From assembly GCF_009914755.1 (NCBI RefSeq), contig NC_060929.1: 64,000 nt of DNA. One strand, written 5' to 3'. A model generated the notes under the pieces. That model worked only from the letters and a program-made list of their open reading frames with translations. It did no database searches and had not been told where the DNA came from. The first letter of the stretch is position 1. The number at the start of each line of letters is the position of its first letter. The stretch is from the human T2T-CHM13v2.0 reference genome, Homo sapiens. Position numbers and translations under genes: made by a program. This document shows positions 14,466 through 29,627 of the stretch, in pieces.

Positions 14466-15431
14466 GTCGTATTTAAAAAACAAGGAGTAACTGAAAAAGT
14501 AACTATATAACTAATATATTACTCTCTGAACTATGTAACAAAAATATTTCTCTACAAAATACTATTATTCCTATAATCCATTTATTTCTATATACCATGT
14601 TTGTGTCACTATAGGTTGGTATGTACCCAATTGTGACTAAACCAAAAGAAACAAATCTGGAAACTGAAGTATCAATACGTGAAAAGCGTTCTTTTGGTAT
14701 TGGGAGTGCCAGGTACTTTTGCCATTGTATTTTACTTAGTAGTAATAGCTGGCTTTTTCTATTGAGCACGTGCTACTACAGAAATTTAAAGGGGTTATTT
14801 CTAATTTGGGAGAAAAATAGAACAAACAGCTTTTAATCTTATAAATAATCTGCTCATTGAAATGTCTTATTTAATCCAGATCTGTGCAAAATGAACTTAA
14901 AACTAATTTTTAAAGCAGTTGGAAAGCATCATTTAACAAAAGAGGTATCTGTCATAAATTTAGGTCTATTTGTGCACATTTTCTAAATTTTAAAATATAA
15001 ATCAAATCTTTACAAATTAAATCATGTTTCGTTCTTGATTTATGTTACCATTTTAGAGTTGCTTTCCCTTGACTTATTGGTATAAAGTTGGAGATAGCTA
15101 TTAACATCTTGACTGTGTCTCTTGCAGTTGTCTTTGTTTCATGAACTACTTCTCCGTAATAGCATGCAGCCATCTTCAAGAGGTGAGAATTTCACTTAGC
15201 GACTTAAACAGAAGTGTTATCTCAAGATAATATAATATCTGGAGGTATGTGGCTGCTACTGTTTGGTGAGTAATTCAGAGTAAAAGGGACAACATTGCTT
15301 GAGATTTCTGTGGCCTTTTCTATAAGATCTATCCTGTAACTTCAGTCATCGTAATCATATTCAACAAAGAAGAGAGAAAAAGATGGCAGAAAAATCACTC
15401 CCTTGGAAAGGAGAGTAAAAGTTTTCGTTGA

Positions 15432-15781
<350 letters not shown>

Positions 15782-16339
15782 TTATTTCAGTGGTCATTTC
15801 TAGTAACACTGGAGAGTAGGCACAGGTATTTGGCTTCTCCAATTTCTGGAGTGAAGTTGATAAGGGAGGAATTATTTGGGAATGGGTGTTGGGTTAGCCA
15901 ACTATTTTTCTGTCTCTGAAATTTTGCTTGACTCTGGCTTTTGTTCATCACTTCTCATGTGATACAACATTCATGTTCATACACACTCATCTACCTAAAT
16001 GTTACCTTTTCCCAAAACTCTATCTATACTTCATCTCTAAGTTCCATATTCATACTCACATGCAGTACCAACCTGCTTCTCCCTCCTGGTATATATTAAA
16101 TATATTAGACAACTCAATGTGCACCGTTTTGAAAGCCTGCCAAAAATCAAGCATCCCCTGACTCCCAGCAGACATATAACACAGCAATAACAACAACCCA
16201 CCCAGGCATTAAACCCAACACACATGAATTTTTAAGGGACATCAATGCTAGAAATTCAGGCCATGGCATTAAACTTCCCTCACCCCTTTTCTCTATCATG
16301 ATCTGCTTAGAAAATCTCTAGAGCTATTAGAATTTGCTC

Positions 16340-16445
16340 AAATGCAAACAACTTGAAGGCAGTAAATCTTGTTTCTCTCTGAATCTTTGCAGCCTAGAGG
16401 TTTACATAGCCTGCAATAGACACTTTACAGAATGTTTGCTGAACA
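16340..16445 (+). mobile_element. L2 3'-end fragment
   Basis: AACTTGAAGGCAGTAAATCTTGT...AATAGACACTTTACAGAATGTTTGCTGAA. Confidence 0.4.
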
Positions 16446-17358
16446 TCAAGAGATTTATGATTGGTATACATTCAGTGGTCTCATTTTGCACAATAGAAAA
16501 GACCTATATATTATAACAGACCTGATAATTTCCAAAGCTTTATAAGCCATTATTTGCTTTCTTAGAAAACAAATGACATTGAAAATTTTTGACTTAAATT
16601 TGGCTTATTGAAAAAACAATACATTGCTTTTAAGTTTCCTGTGAGGAATTACTTTTGAAATTGTGACAGCTTGCAGCATAATATTGCCACCAAATTAATT
16701 TTTAAAATCTACTACTTAAACCATTTTATTGTATCAATGGTTTTAACAATGACAAATAATTTATGCCCTACTCAATGTTCTAATTAAAATCAGAAGTTTA
16801 CTCTGCACTTCATCGAAGCAGGTATCAAAATGTGCTCAAAATAATCTGTGATCTTCCCCAACCCCGTGCCTGAAAGTATGTGTGTTGTGGGTAGGGAAAT
16901 ATTTTAAGAGTTTAAATGAATGTTGGCAATATCTTAAGATTGATAACTCTTATTTTGTATATTGAATAAAGACTCTCAGATTGATATGCCTCTTGGCATA
17001 ATATTGCAGAAAAAAATTTTGCCTTGGAACTTAAACTTTCAATATTAGGTTAGTTCAAAGAAGCAAGTCACCTCTGACTTTGAAAGGAATACAAAATGTA
17101 AGACTTGCATTTGCCAAATGAAAACCACTTTGTTATTTGTGTGTGGTCATTGACTCTATGGTCATACTGTCAAACTTTCAGGTAGATATTTGGGATGTCA
17201 CATAATTGTTTTCATTTATGAGGTCTGTAAACAGGATCCAAATTTTTGTGGTTCAATATGTTACGTAAGTATGAAATTAGATATATTTTAGTTGATTTTC
17301 ATTTCCTAAATGAAAGACATCAATCCCATTTAGATTGTTGATCTTGATGTTTTACTAG

Positions 17359-18037
17359 TGTTTTGGACTGAATAATTTCTCTCAAAAATGCATCTGCGGA
17401 TGCCCTAATGCTCAATGTGAGAATATGTGGAGACAGGACCCTTAAGGAGGTAATTAATGTTAAATTATGTGAAAAAGGTGGCTCAGCACTTTGGGAGGCA
17501 AAGGCAGGCAGATCACCTCAGTTCAACAGTTCAAGGCCAGCCTCGCCAACATGGTGAAACTCAGTCTCTACTAAAAATACGAGAACTAGCTAGGCGTGGT
17601 GGCACACTCCTGTAATCCCAGCTACTCAGGAGGCTGAGGTAGGAGGATGGCTTAAACCCGGGTGTCGGAGGTTGCAGTGAGCCGAGATTGAGCCACTGCA
17701 CTCCAGCTTGGGTGATAGAGTGAGACTCTGTGTCAAAAAAACAAAACAAACAAACAAAAAAATTGGGGCCCTAATCCAATGTGACTGATGTCCTTTTAAA
17801 ATGAGGGAGAGGCACCAGAGCTCACTCTCTCTGCTGCAGCACAGAGGAAAGGCCATACAAACACACAGGGAGAAAGCCACCATCTGCGAGCAGAGGAGTG
17901 GGGCCTCACCAGAAACCAACCCTGCTGGCACCTTGATCCTGGAATTCCAGCCTCAGAACTCGGATAAAATAAATTTATGTGATTTATTACACCAAGTTTG
18001 TGTGATTTTGTTATGGCAGTCTGAGCAGACTAATACA
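17359..18037 (+). mobile_element. MaLR solo LTR (MLT1A0/MLT1B-like) split by an Alu
   Basis: TGTTTTGGACTGAAT start; GGCCTCACCAGAAACCAACCCTGCTGGCACCTTGATC; ends GCAGACTAATACA; TSD ACTAG/ACTTG. Confidence 0.85.
17477..17762 (+). mobile_element. AluS/J-type SINE, 5' end incomplete
   Basis: Begins GGTGGCTCAGCACTTTGGGAGG (lacks CGCCTGTAATCC block); (CAAA)n tail. Confidence 0.9.
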
Positions 18038-18138
18038 ACTTGTGAATCAATTTTCCATTAACCTTACCTGATAAATGGTATGTTGTGCTTTTCTATGAGA
18101 CAGCAGAAGACCTAAGAATTGAGCGCACACCGTTATGA

Positions 18139-18477
<339 letters not shown>

Positions 18478-19129
18478 TTATGTGGCAGTTTTAATGGATT
18501 GCCAGATTATGGGGTAAAAATTACTGGATCTGAATATTTTAATTCATGATTATAGTTCGAATCTACATCAGGAGACAGTAATATAAATTTAATTCCCAGC
18601 ATCAAATTTTATTTTTAATTTGTTTACTGCAAGTTCATTTTCATACAAAGAATGCAGAAAGACTAAATATATCCGTCATTTTTTTCATAGTTGAAGGGCT
18701 TTTCTTTTATGAAATAGAGATTGATAGTTTGTTATATAATTTTAATGTAAATTTTAATAGACTTGATTAAATTACTAGTTTGTACAATCATAAACCTACA
18801 GGTAATCTCTATATAAAATGAATTTAAAAATAAATAATTTGGATATCTTTATTGACTTTTCCCCTCATTTATAGAATAGTATATTTTAATTATATTGATT
18901 AACAAAAACAAAGACACATAAGTAGAACAACTTAAAAATCCCCAGCATATCTACATAGTAGGACAATAAGGGACTTAAAAAGATTCCACTGAGAAAAGAA
19001 TATTAAGAATTTGCAACATTTTTATCTATGTGGGAAATTACTTTAGGTGCCTTTTTATGGTTATTACTATTGCTTGAAAATAAAAAGACTTAAAGAAATA
19101 TGACAATTATAGTAGGTGCTGGAATTTTA

Positions 19130-19350
19130 GTAAATTTTCTGGCACTGACTCCAGGCTCTACTTTGTTTATGGCTTTGGGAAATGTATTTAACCTCTCTGA
19201 GCTTCAGTTTCTTCCACTGAAAAAGGAAAATAATTATGGCACTCACTTTCTAAGGTTGGTTTAAAAATTGAATGAGATAATATATAAAAAATGCTTTGCA
19301 TAGTGGATGGCACGTAATAGACACTGAGTGAACATTGGCTATATAATAAT
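19130..19350 (+). mobile_element. MIR SINE
   Basis: Core TTTAACCTCTCTGAGCTTCAGTTTCTTCCACTGAAAAA and 3' TGAGATAATATAT...TGCTTTGCATAGTGGATGGCACGTAATAG. Confidence 0.8.
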
Positions 19351-19704
19351 GTAAGAAGATATTTATAATCCATTTTTCTTTGATATTCAAAATGAACTTT
19401 AACATGTTTATGTCAGGCAAATAGAATTATACCAATTTCACATAATATACATTTCAGAGATAAGTCTAGCTCACTCACCCACTTATAATAATCTGAGAAT
19501 TTGAACTTTTGGCCCTAACAAAAAGCATTTTACCTATAAAAATAAGAATTTACAACACCTTTCTGATATGTGTAGAGGAAAGAGTTTGCTTATTTTCTAC
19601 CAATATGATAAATGCTTCCAAGATGCAGTTTCTGCATAATACAGAATCATTGAAATAATCGAAGTAATCAGTCAATTATCAGGTTATCTTGATACCAATT
19701 TGTT

Positions 19705-19755
19705 TTCTCTCTCTCTCATGTTCCCTCTCTCTCTCGTTCTCTTTCTCTCTCTCTC
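19705..19755. repeat. Interrupted (CT)n microsatellite
   Basis: Directly visible CT runs. Confidence 0.85.
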
Positions 19756-20767
19756 AGCTAAAACAGCATCCCCAGGATAAACAGGTGAGGAATCACAGAG
19801 CAATTTAAAAAGTATTACAAGATACATAAAATCATATATTATGAAAGGAAACACTCAAGTGAAAATGCCATTTATACTCTAATAATGTAGTCTTACTTTG
19901 TATCTTGATACACACAAACACTTTCTCATTTGACAGAATAATATACCTTTGTTCAGCTGAGGGTGTTTTGGAATTAATAATAAAGAATGAGGTGGTTTAT
20001 GGAATACTATGCAAGGAAACTTCTAACTTTTAAAAAAATATTACATGAGGGATTTAGTCAAGAGCTAAAAAAAAAAAAAAAAAGGCAAGCATAGTGGTGA
20101 GGAAAAGATATTATCATTAATTACTTTTCAAGGTTGTCTGCTGCCTGCAGATTTGTTAGCTCCGTCATGGAATATGTCACAAGGGAGTTACTTTTGAAGG
20201 AGTAACAGAAGTGTGTGAAAAATCTCAATACGATGCATGAGTGTAATCTCCTCTTTGCAGATGTTAATTCCCTGCTTGCTGCAACTAGGAAGCAAGTGCC
20301 AACATATTTGGGAATGCTCCTTCCTGCTGGACAGCACACAGACAAGTTGGAAAGGAATCCTATAACAAGCTAGCTGCCATGCATATGGAATGAAGCTTAG
20401 TTAAAAAGTCTTTCCAAGTGCTTGAGTATTTTTAGATGATATTTAGCCCCCTTTAAATTGAAAGACGAAATGCAGCAATTGAAACTGAGTATGTACTCTG
20501 ATCTTGGTGGGGAGGTAATTCCCCATAAGATGTTGTGTCTCTGATGAACTCTCAACAAATTCAAAATATAGGATGTTATCAAACTTGCCCTTTTTCACGG
20601 AGCACTTTCTTTAAAAAAATAATGATAGTAAAAGAAAACCTAAAGAAACATTTTCAATTTTCAAGGTCACATAGGATAACTTTGAAAGTCTAAGTTCATA
20701 AAAACAACAACAAAAAAAAATCTAAAGAAAAGTAAAAACAAGGATCAGGAAAAGATCATAAAAAGAT

Positions 20768-21217
20768 TGACCATCTAAACAACAAACATTGGCTTTCTAA
20801 AAGAAAAACATATATTTATTTGGGAATAGAGCATTGCAATGAGAATACTCATGCCATATTAAACCATGTGGATATTTAGAGATGTAAAGAAAAACTGTGG
20901 TTTCTAAAGGAAAAAGAATGAGGAGAATTACATAATTGTTTTGAAAGCATTATCCCTGCCTACAAAGGTCACAAGGGTGATGCCAGTCTGAGTTTGGACA
21001 GGCAATTGCTGGGCAGATATCTCTGCAGAAGTATTTTGTGTAAGGTTGTGATGGTCTTTGTACAAGGGTGTGGTTTTTGCAGAGGTTACTGTGATACTTT
21101 TTGTTATTACGCATACAAACACGAGGACTTTCTCCTCACTGCCTTTCCTGGCTCTATTTGTGGGGGATTTTTTTTTTTAACATTAGTAATTCCATTTTGA
21201 TTCTGACAATTTTCACA
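20768..21217 (-). mobile_element. ERV1 solo LTR (MER65-like; subfamily uncertain), copy 1
   Basis: Minus strand starts TGTGAAAATTGTCAGAATCAAAATGGA; 4-bp TSD AGAT on both sides; homologous over its full length to 44008-44467. Confidence 0.8.
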
Positions 21218-21624
21218 AGATTATAAAGTTTATATTTTTCCCATGGAAAAATTAAATATATAACTTAAAATATTGAACAAAAAGTGGAGGATTTTTTAAA
21301 AATAGAAATGTTTTCAGTATTAATATAAACTTCTAACTGGTCACACATGATAATCCAACAGATGGCCTTAACTATCTAATAAAACAGTCATTCTATATGA
21401 ACAAATGCAGAAGAAAATAGGTTTTCTAAGTGTTTTATTCGGTTCTAATTGTCCTAATAATAGCTTAAACACATTGTCCATGTACTGAGAACTTTTATTA
21501 ACATCCCTTGGGATTATAAATATAAGAAGTGGAGAGCTAATATTGACTTTTTAGTGTTTGCAATCCACAATTTTATAAACTACAAATGTGTAAAATAATT
21601 TAATTTCTAGATAACTCTAAAATA

Positions 21625-21745
21625 CTCTTATTTTCTTAATTTGACACACGAGGAAACCGAAGAACAGCACAATCATTTTGCATTCCCTAGTGGTTAATTT
21701 TTGTCAGATCTGGGATTTGAACCACTGTTATGTATTGCCAAAATG
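21625..21745 (-). mobile_element. MIR fragment
   Basis: TTTGACACACGAGGAAACCGAAG...CTGGGATTTGAACC. Confidence 0.5.
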
Positions 21746-22275
21746 GTCTCCTAAACCTTTTTGTAATCAGATAAATTTCCAAGGATGGAAGAATTAAGAG
21801 TTTTTCTCTAGAAAAAAAACAATGTATGTACCTATTATTTATAAATGAAATGAGAAAAAGAACAAGAAGCAGCAGGAGAGAAGCAATAGAGAGATAAAGA
21901 ATTAATTAATTAAGAATTATACCCTATTAAACCTGAATACCTACAGATAAAAATAAGCCAGCATTTCTCGAAAGTTCAAAGGTGTGTCTGTGTTGGGGGA
22001 TGGGGGGGCAGGGGCAAAGACGGCATTTCTGTTAACAGTTATTTTGATATAAGCTTAATTATTTTCATTCTAGGCAAATCTAATCTGATTTTAAGATAGC
22101 AATATTGAAAAATGGGACAGAATGGCTTAAAAGTAACCATTGTACAATAATGAGGTGAATGCATCTCGTTCATCTCATAAAACAGTGAAGTGTTAAAGCC
22201 AAATTCAGCTGTAATTTTCATTTGTTTTCTATCTCTCAAGGAATACTACACTCTTCCTTAAATAACAAAAACTGC

Positions 22276-22663
<388 letters not shown>

Positions 22664-23121
22664 CTATACTAGAACCTGTTCCAGATGTTTGAAATACTTC
22701 AGTGAACATACCATTTTTTATAGAAAAAAGACCACTTTCTTTACCTTTGTGGAGCTTGCATTCTATCAGTGGGAGACATACACTCCACCATTGTTACACT
22801 AAGTAAGTATAATATTTAGCCAATTCTTATAAATTGTATGTTACCTCAGCATCCATTTTGAAAATAGGTTTAACTTGCACATACCAGAAGCTTGGCTTAG
22901 TGACCCTCAAAGGAGTTTTCACTTCCTCCAAAGTCCTATATGTGGTCGCCTCCGATATCTGCCGTATACAACTGTCTCCTGGTGACCACCTCCCTGTGAG
23001 ACAGCAGATACAACCTACCCCTCTGGCCTTCTCACCTCTCGTGGACTGTGTAGATGCTGCAGTGGCCCCTGCTCAGTTACAGTGTGACTATTGGACTTGT
23101 TCCTGCTTGCTATAAGCCCAC

Positions 23122-23816
<695 letters not shown>

Positions 23817-25811
23817 CCCACCAATTAAAACTTCCCTTGGAAACCTGCTTAGATAATGCCCTTAGCCCCCAAAAAAGGCTTCAACTCACAGGTCTTTCTG
23901 CCTTTCTTACTCTCTACCTGATGGTTGAATGTGTGTGCTATATGGCTTCCCATTTCCTATTGTCCCTGCAAGACTTGCCCTTTTTTCTCTGGATCTGTAA
24001 GTAATAAACTGCTTCTGTTATTTCATGTGTTTTCTTGAGTTGCCTCCTCTGTGGCTCACCTGAGCAACACACCAAAACCTATCTTCTTTCCTAGTCAGAG
24101 TGCTCCTAGAGAGTGGCTATGGTAGAAATAAACTGGACACAAGTCAGACAAGAACCACGAAAATGTCTGCCCATATAAATGAGTTTCCTGTGAAAGGGAC
24201 CAGTGATCACAAATTGGATACTTAAATATTAGAATGTATACAGGGATAAAGAAGCATTCTGTGAAAGGCACATTGTCATAGGTACAACCAAATACAAATC
24301 CTCTGGAGCCCCATCAGGGCATGGCCAGAGTTGATAGCTAATCTCCTAAAAGAGATCTTGAGACACACACAGGAAAAAAGCACTTTGGCAAAATACAATC
24401 ATAGCAAGATTATGTTATGTATAGGCATTGGAAGTATGGATTATGATTTTAAAAGTGAGACTGTGGTAGGCCTCAGTAAGAAGAGCACATGTGAGCTAGT
24501 GAGTAGAGGTAAAAGCATTTGTTATAAAGATATCTGGGGAGACAACCAGTACAAATGCCGTAAAGTGAAAGTGTGGCTGGCATGTTCCAGGAATTTCAAG
24601 AAATACTCCTCCCTCCGTGCCCTCTGTGATATGAAGGCCATGAGTTATCGGGAGAGCAGAAGATGAGGTTAGAGAAGAATTAGAGGCCCAACCACACAGA
24701 GGGACTTGTACCAATGTAAGGATATTGTGTTGTTACTTTTAGTTACATGGAAACCTATAAGCAGGATTTTGAGCAGATAAGTGACATGATTTCACATATG
24801 ATTAAAGAATCACTCCAGCTGCTCTGCTACAAATAGACAGCATGGGGGCAAAGATAGAGCACAGAGACAGTGAGGAAGCCACTGCAGAAGTCTAGACTAG
24901 TAATGATAGAGGCTTGGGTTAGAATGATGAGTAGTGAGATATCAATGAGATAGTTAGAAGTAGTCAGAGTCTGTTTACATTTTAAAGGCAGAGACAGAAA
25001 TGTTTCTGAGTGTCTGATGTGAAGGAAAAATATACTTAAGTATAACATCACATGCCATTTGTGTCTGAAGGCATGAAAAGCTGAAATTGTCATCAACTGA
25101 ATTGGAAAAGGTGGTAGGTGAAGTAGATTTTGGGAGAGATAGGAAGGATTCAGTATTAGATATGTGGAATTTGAAATGTCTATAAGACACTCTAGTTGAG
25201 AAGTTGAGTAAGTAGTTTGATTAATCTGTATTTTCAAGAGAGAGGTAGGTCCGTATTGGAGATGGTATTTGGAATTCATTGGCACATAAGCCATTTGATT
25301 GAATGAGATAACCAATGAGATAACCACTGCAGTGGAGAAGTAGAGGAGAGATTTGAGGACTGGCTCTTGGAAGTCAATATTATTGTGTAAGATATAAAAG
25401 AAGAAAAAGAAAGAAGACAAGAGTTAGGAAAGCAAACAAGAAGAGTAATATCCTGGAGGCAAAATGAGAAAAGTGTATCAAGAAGGAGATAAAGGTGGGC
25501 TGCATTATATGGTTCTGATGGGCAGTGTAAAATCAAATATTAGATTTAGCAAGGTAGAGGTCAATGATTACACCAAGAGCACTTTTGCTAGAGTGGGGAT
25601 AACTGTATGATCAGTGTAGCTTCATGATAGGATATGTAAAGGAAATTTGGGAATAGTGTATCTACACAACTCTTTCAGGGAGGTTTACTGAAAAGGGAAA
25701 CAGAGAAGTAGATTGGTACTTAGTAAAGGAAATAGGATCAGGTCAAGATAAATTACATTTTTAAATGAGAGAAATTTCAGTTCATTATTATGCTGATGAC
25801 AATGACCTGAT

Positions 25812-26153
25812 GGGATTGTTAATTTTATGTATCAACTTGGTGAGTGTATTGTCCACAGTTGCTTGGTCAAATACCAGTCTAGAGGCTGTTGTTAAGGTAT
25901 GTTTTAGGCGTGGTTAATATTTAAATCAGTAAATTTGTATTAAAGCAGATTACCCTCCGTAAGTTGGGTGGACCTTCTCCAATCAGCTGAAGGCCTTAAG
26001 AGAAAAAATCACTGAGGTTCCACTAAGGGAAAATAATTCTGACTTTAGATTGGCCTTCAGACTGAAGACTCCAGCATCAACTCTCCCCTGATCTCCAGCC
26101 TGCTGCTCTTCAGCATTCACACTTGCCAGTCCCCACAATGGTGGGAGCCAATC
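25812..26153 (+). mobile_element. MLT2 (MLT2D-like) ERVL LTR, 3' part missing
   Basis: GTTAATTTTATGTATCAACTTG...GGTCAAATACCAGTCTAG...AAAGCAGATTACCCTCC...CCAATCAGCTGAAGGCCTTAA. Confidence 0.75.
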
Positions 26154-27155
26154 TGGGGGATACTGGCATTCAGTTTAACACCCTGCTCTACAGTGATTAA
26201 GGAGCAGTTAGAGGATGTGGTATAGATACCATACATGCATAGATTTAGTGACTGGAATCTGTAAGTTTGCTTTCGGTGGTGGAAGCCACAATTTCATCAG
26301 CTGCAACTTAGGAATAGGAAGCATGGAGGTTTGGAGAGAGGAAAGGACGGCTAATAATTAAGATTTAATGTGCTAAGGATATTTAGTATGGTTGCTAAAA
26401 TGCATTAAGTTTCCACTTGAAGTTCACGTCAAAAATCTTCAGTGAAACCTGTCAATCTGGTTGTGTATTTTTCTCCATTCATGTCAAACCCCATGGGTGC
26501 AGATAAAAAACAGCTGGAGAGTTAGATTTAATCAGAGTGTGGTTTTGTCATTCAAGTAAAAAGAAACAAGAGAGACCATGGGAATCAAGTGTGTGATCAT
26601 GGATTTCAACTGGGTAAAAAAGGTGGCAAAGACTTTAGAGGATAAAGAACAGTGAAATAACAGAATTAAAGGATTTATGATTCTTGGGGTCTGGGTTAGA
26701 TAGTGAACAGTAAATACAGGAAACCAGATAATGTTATGTCTTTTCACAAAGGGACCGTATTTTTTAAAAACAGAGTGTTCTTTTAAACCAGTACTCCTCA
26801 TGAAATAATGAGAAAGAAAGTCTTAAAAAGAAATTTCTACAAAAAAAAATTCTATAGTGATACAAGGATTGCCACCATGTCCAATTGTAGGCCCTAGAAA
26901 ACTAGTCTGAACCATATAAATACTATTTTTTATTTGTACTACAATGTAAGTAATTCTGGTCCAGGTGTCCCAATCATGTAGACGGGCCAGAGGCACTGGA
27001 TCACGGAAATATGTGCCCACATGTTTAGAGCAAATTGCTTTGTTACTTGGCAGGAATCAATAAGGAAAGCTGGAATATTCTTTTTTCTCACAGCTATGTC
27101 ATTTCTATATTGCCTGACCTAAAGGAAAAGAAAAAAAAGGGCCAATGTCTTCATT

Positions 27156-27218
27156 ACAAGATAGACTCCTGAGAATGCTTATTCCAGCAAAGAAGAAGAT
27201 CTTCCTAAAAAACAAGGT
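27156..27218 (+). repeat. 63-bp dispersed direct repeat, copy 1 (copy 2 at 29562-29627)
   Basis: ACAAGATAGACTCCTGAGAATGCTTATTCCAGCAAAGAAGAAGATCTTCCTAAAAAACAAGGT. Confidence 0.9.
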
Positions 27219-27904
27219 CTAACCAATGTTTTTAATATCATTATTTTTTTTTTGGCTTGGTTGTGGAGTGAAATAAAAAGTCTTGCTCTCTCCTCGTTGT
27301 ATATTGGGCAATGGGAGATTAAAGAAGGAGAGAAGATTAAAGAAGGATAGGATAAAGAGAATGGGAGATTAAAGGATAGGCACCAAGTCTTCTCACAGGC
27401 CTATGAATAGATATAAGGCAGGGTATATATAAAAATATTTTGGACCCTATGTACAATATCTATAAATTATCAGAATTTCAAAACAATGTCTTTTAAGAGA
27501 CTTTAAAGACATGCAGTTTACACAGTATCAAACCAGTAACAGAATATAAAAATTGTTTGATAAACATTTATAATTCCATAGAACTGTACTGTATCCAAGC
27601 AAGGGAATGTGTTGTATGTCAGCCAATGCCAACGAAAGCTAGGGTAAACCTTTGAAACACAGGCAATTCTCTGTGGGACAGTTCAATAATAATTGAACTA
27701 TTGCACCTTTTCCATCGTGTTTGTAGATGTTTTTAGCTAAATTTTGATCTCAGGTTTAGCTTTGTGTGATTTAAGGTAGCAGTAAAAGTAAATGTCTTGA
27801 ACCTCTAGGAGTATGGTGAAGATCAAATCACATAACATATATGAACAAAGTAAAACATGAAAATTGTTAATATCCAAATAAAATCTAAGTTTATTAGAAC
27901 AAGT

Positions 27905-27933
27905 TATATATATATATACACATATATATGTGT

Positions 27934-27969
<36 letters not shown>
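27905..27969. repeat. Compound (AT)n/(AC)n microsatellite
   Basis: Directly visible AT run followed by long CA run. Confidence 0.95.
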
Positions 27970-27971
<2 letters not shown>

Positions 27972-29561
27972 GTTTCCTCAGTTAAACATTGCCTACAATA
28001 AGTCAGGAACACAAAATGAAAATCAATATCAATGTCAAAGAACTTTTTAAAAATATAGCTATTATTTCATCAAATAAAATGCTACCTGCTGCCTGCTTTA
28101 TAAAGTTAACCATTTTTATGTCAATTGACAATTTCAGTGAATTGGATAATCAACACATTTATTTTATCAAAATGTTTAATACGTAACTATTAAAATACAT
28201 TTATGGATATATGTATTTAAAATTAAGTTGGCTATTGTGTACTTATTCTTTCAATATCATAGACAAGCCTCTACTCACTGTTTGCATACCCTTTTCGCCT
28301 TCCTTGCCTCGCCTTGAGAAAGAAGTGAAATATAATATAGTTTGGACAACAGGAATCACAATAGTGCAATGGGCTAAGGATAACCCTTTTTTATTGTCTG
28401 GAGCAAGTGGAAAGAAAATGATGAGATGAAATGTTAGCACTGTATGTAAATGGGATAAAACAAAATATGGAAGAGATTCTCTTTTAGCAAACTTACACAA
28501 GTGTTCAGAGCTTAGGGAAAACACTAATATGCTTAGCTCCTGAGTTTTGGTGTCAGTGAAATACAGGCATGCATTTTTCTTTCTAAAGTACAATAAATCT
28601 TATTCTCGAGAAAGTTCATGCTGTTAAATAGGCTGATTCAGATGCAAGATAAGCACGGGGAGAGATTTTCTTCAAAATTAAAGTTCTATCCTTTATTAAA
28701 AACACAGTCCTAGTGACAGAAACATGTTCCAGAAATGTGCTTAGTTATAATTTGAATGGAATTATTTGCACAATTCAAAATTATAATGCTTTAGTTTATC
28801 GTAAAGATCATTTATATGTCTAAGGAATTATCTGGAAATATTTCCCATAAAAATACATATTAAAGTAACAGAAAATTATGGTTTATTAGGAAAATTATCT
28901 TTTATTATATGAATAGGTGACATTCTTAATGTGTAGGCAGATAATGAAATGTCCTTCAAAACATTGTAAGACAGATGCATTTATTTTTCAGTGATGATAA
29001 CATGTTTACTATAGTCTTTTATTCATTAATTCAAAACATTTATATTTAATATTTTCTATCTGTTATGTTCTGTATGCAAAGTTTTAAAAACATAATATAC
29101 AGAACATAACATATAGGTGAGAAATAATGTATAGAAATTATTACAAACAAATTAGAATATTATGAATTCTGAAGAAAATAAAATGTGGAAAAAAACTCAG
29201 TTCAGAGTTAGCCAAAAAAAGGAAAACCCTTGTCTTCAAGAGTTTAAATCCTGCAATTCATCTATTTCCAAGTGTATAATGATATTGAAATGTATGTCAC
29301 ATACGATGTAAGAAATGGAGGTAAAAATAATAAATAAATCAGTTGCAATTCTTATGTTACAGTTCTTTTGAAGACATTATAAATAGATACATGTATGTGT
29401 GTATTTTATTAAATGAATGTGTGTGTATTTAGATGACAAGTGATGCAATTACTATGGTGAAAAAAGTACAAACTGCTGAATATAAGGCTGAATGGATAAT
29501 TTAGTCATTATGTGTCGTAAGCAGATTATAAGTCACAGTCTGTAAGAAAAGAAAAAGTAAA

Positions 29562-29627
29562 ACAAGATAGACTCCTGAGAACACTAATTCCAGCAAAGAA
29601 GAAGAAGATCTTCCTAAAAAACAAGGT
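29562..29627 (+). repeat. 66-bp dispersed direct repeat, copy 2
   Basis: ACAAGATAGACTCCTGAGAACACTAATTCCAGCAAAGAAGAAGAAGATCTTCCTAAAAAACAAGGT. Confidence 0.9.

Noticed and set aside
24827-25420. 197-aa ORF, the longest non-L1 ORF
   Set aside because: Lies wholly within a decayed L2; low-complexity S/L/F-rich chance reading frame
27156-29627. Novel 2.4-kb element with terminal direct repeats
   Set aside because: No TG..CA termini, no flanking TSD and no coding capacity between the copies; kept only as a dispersed duplication
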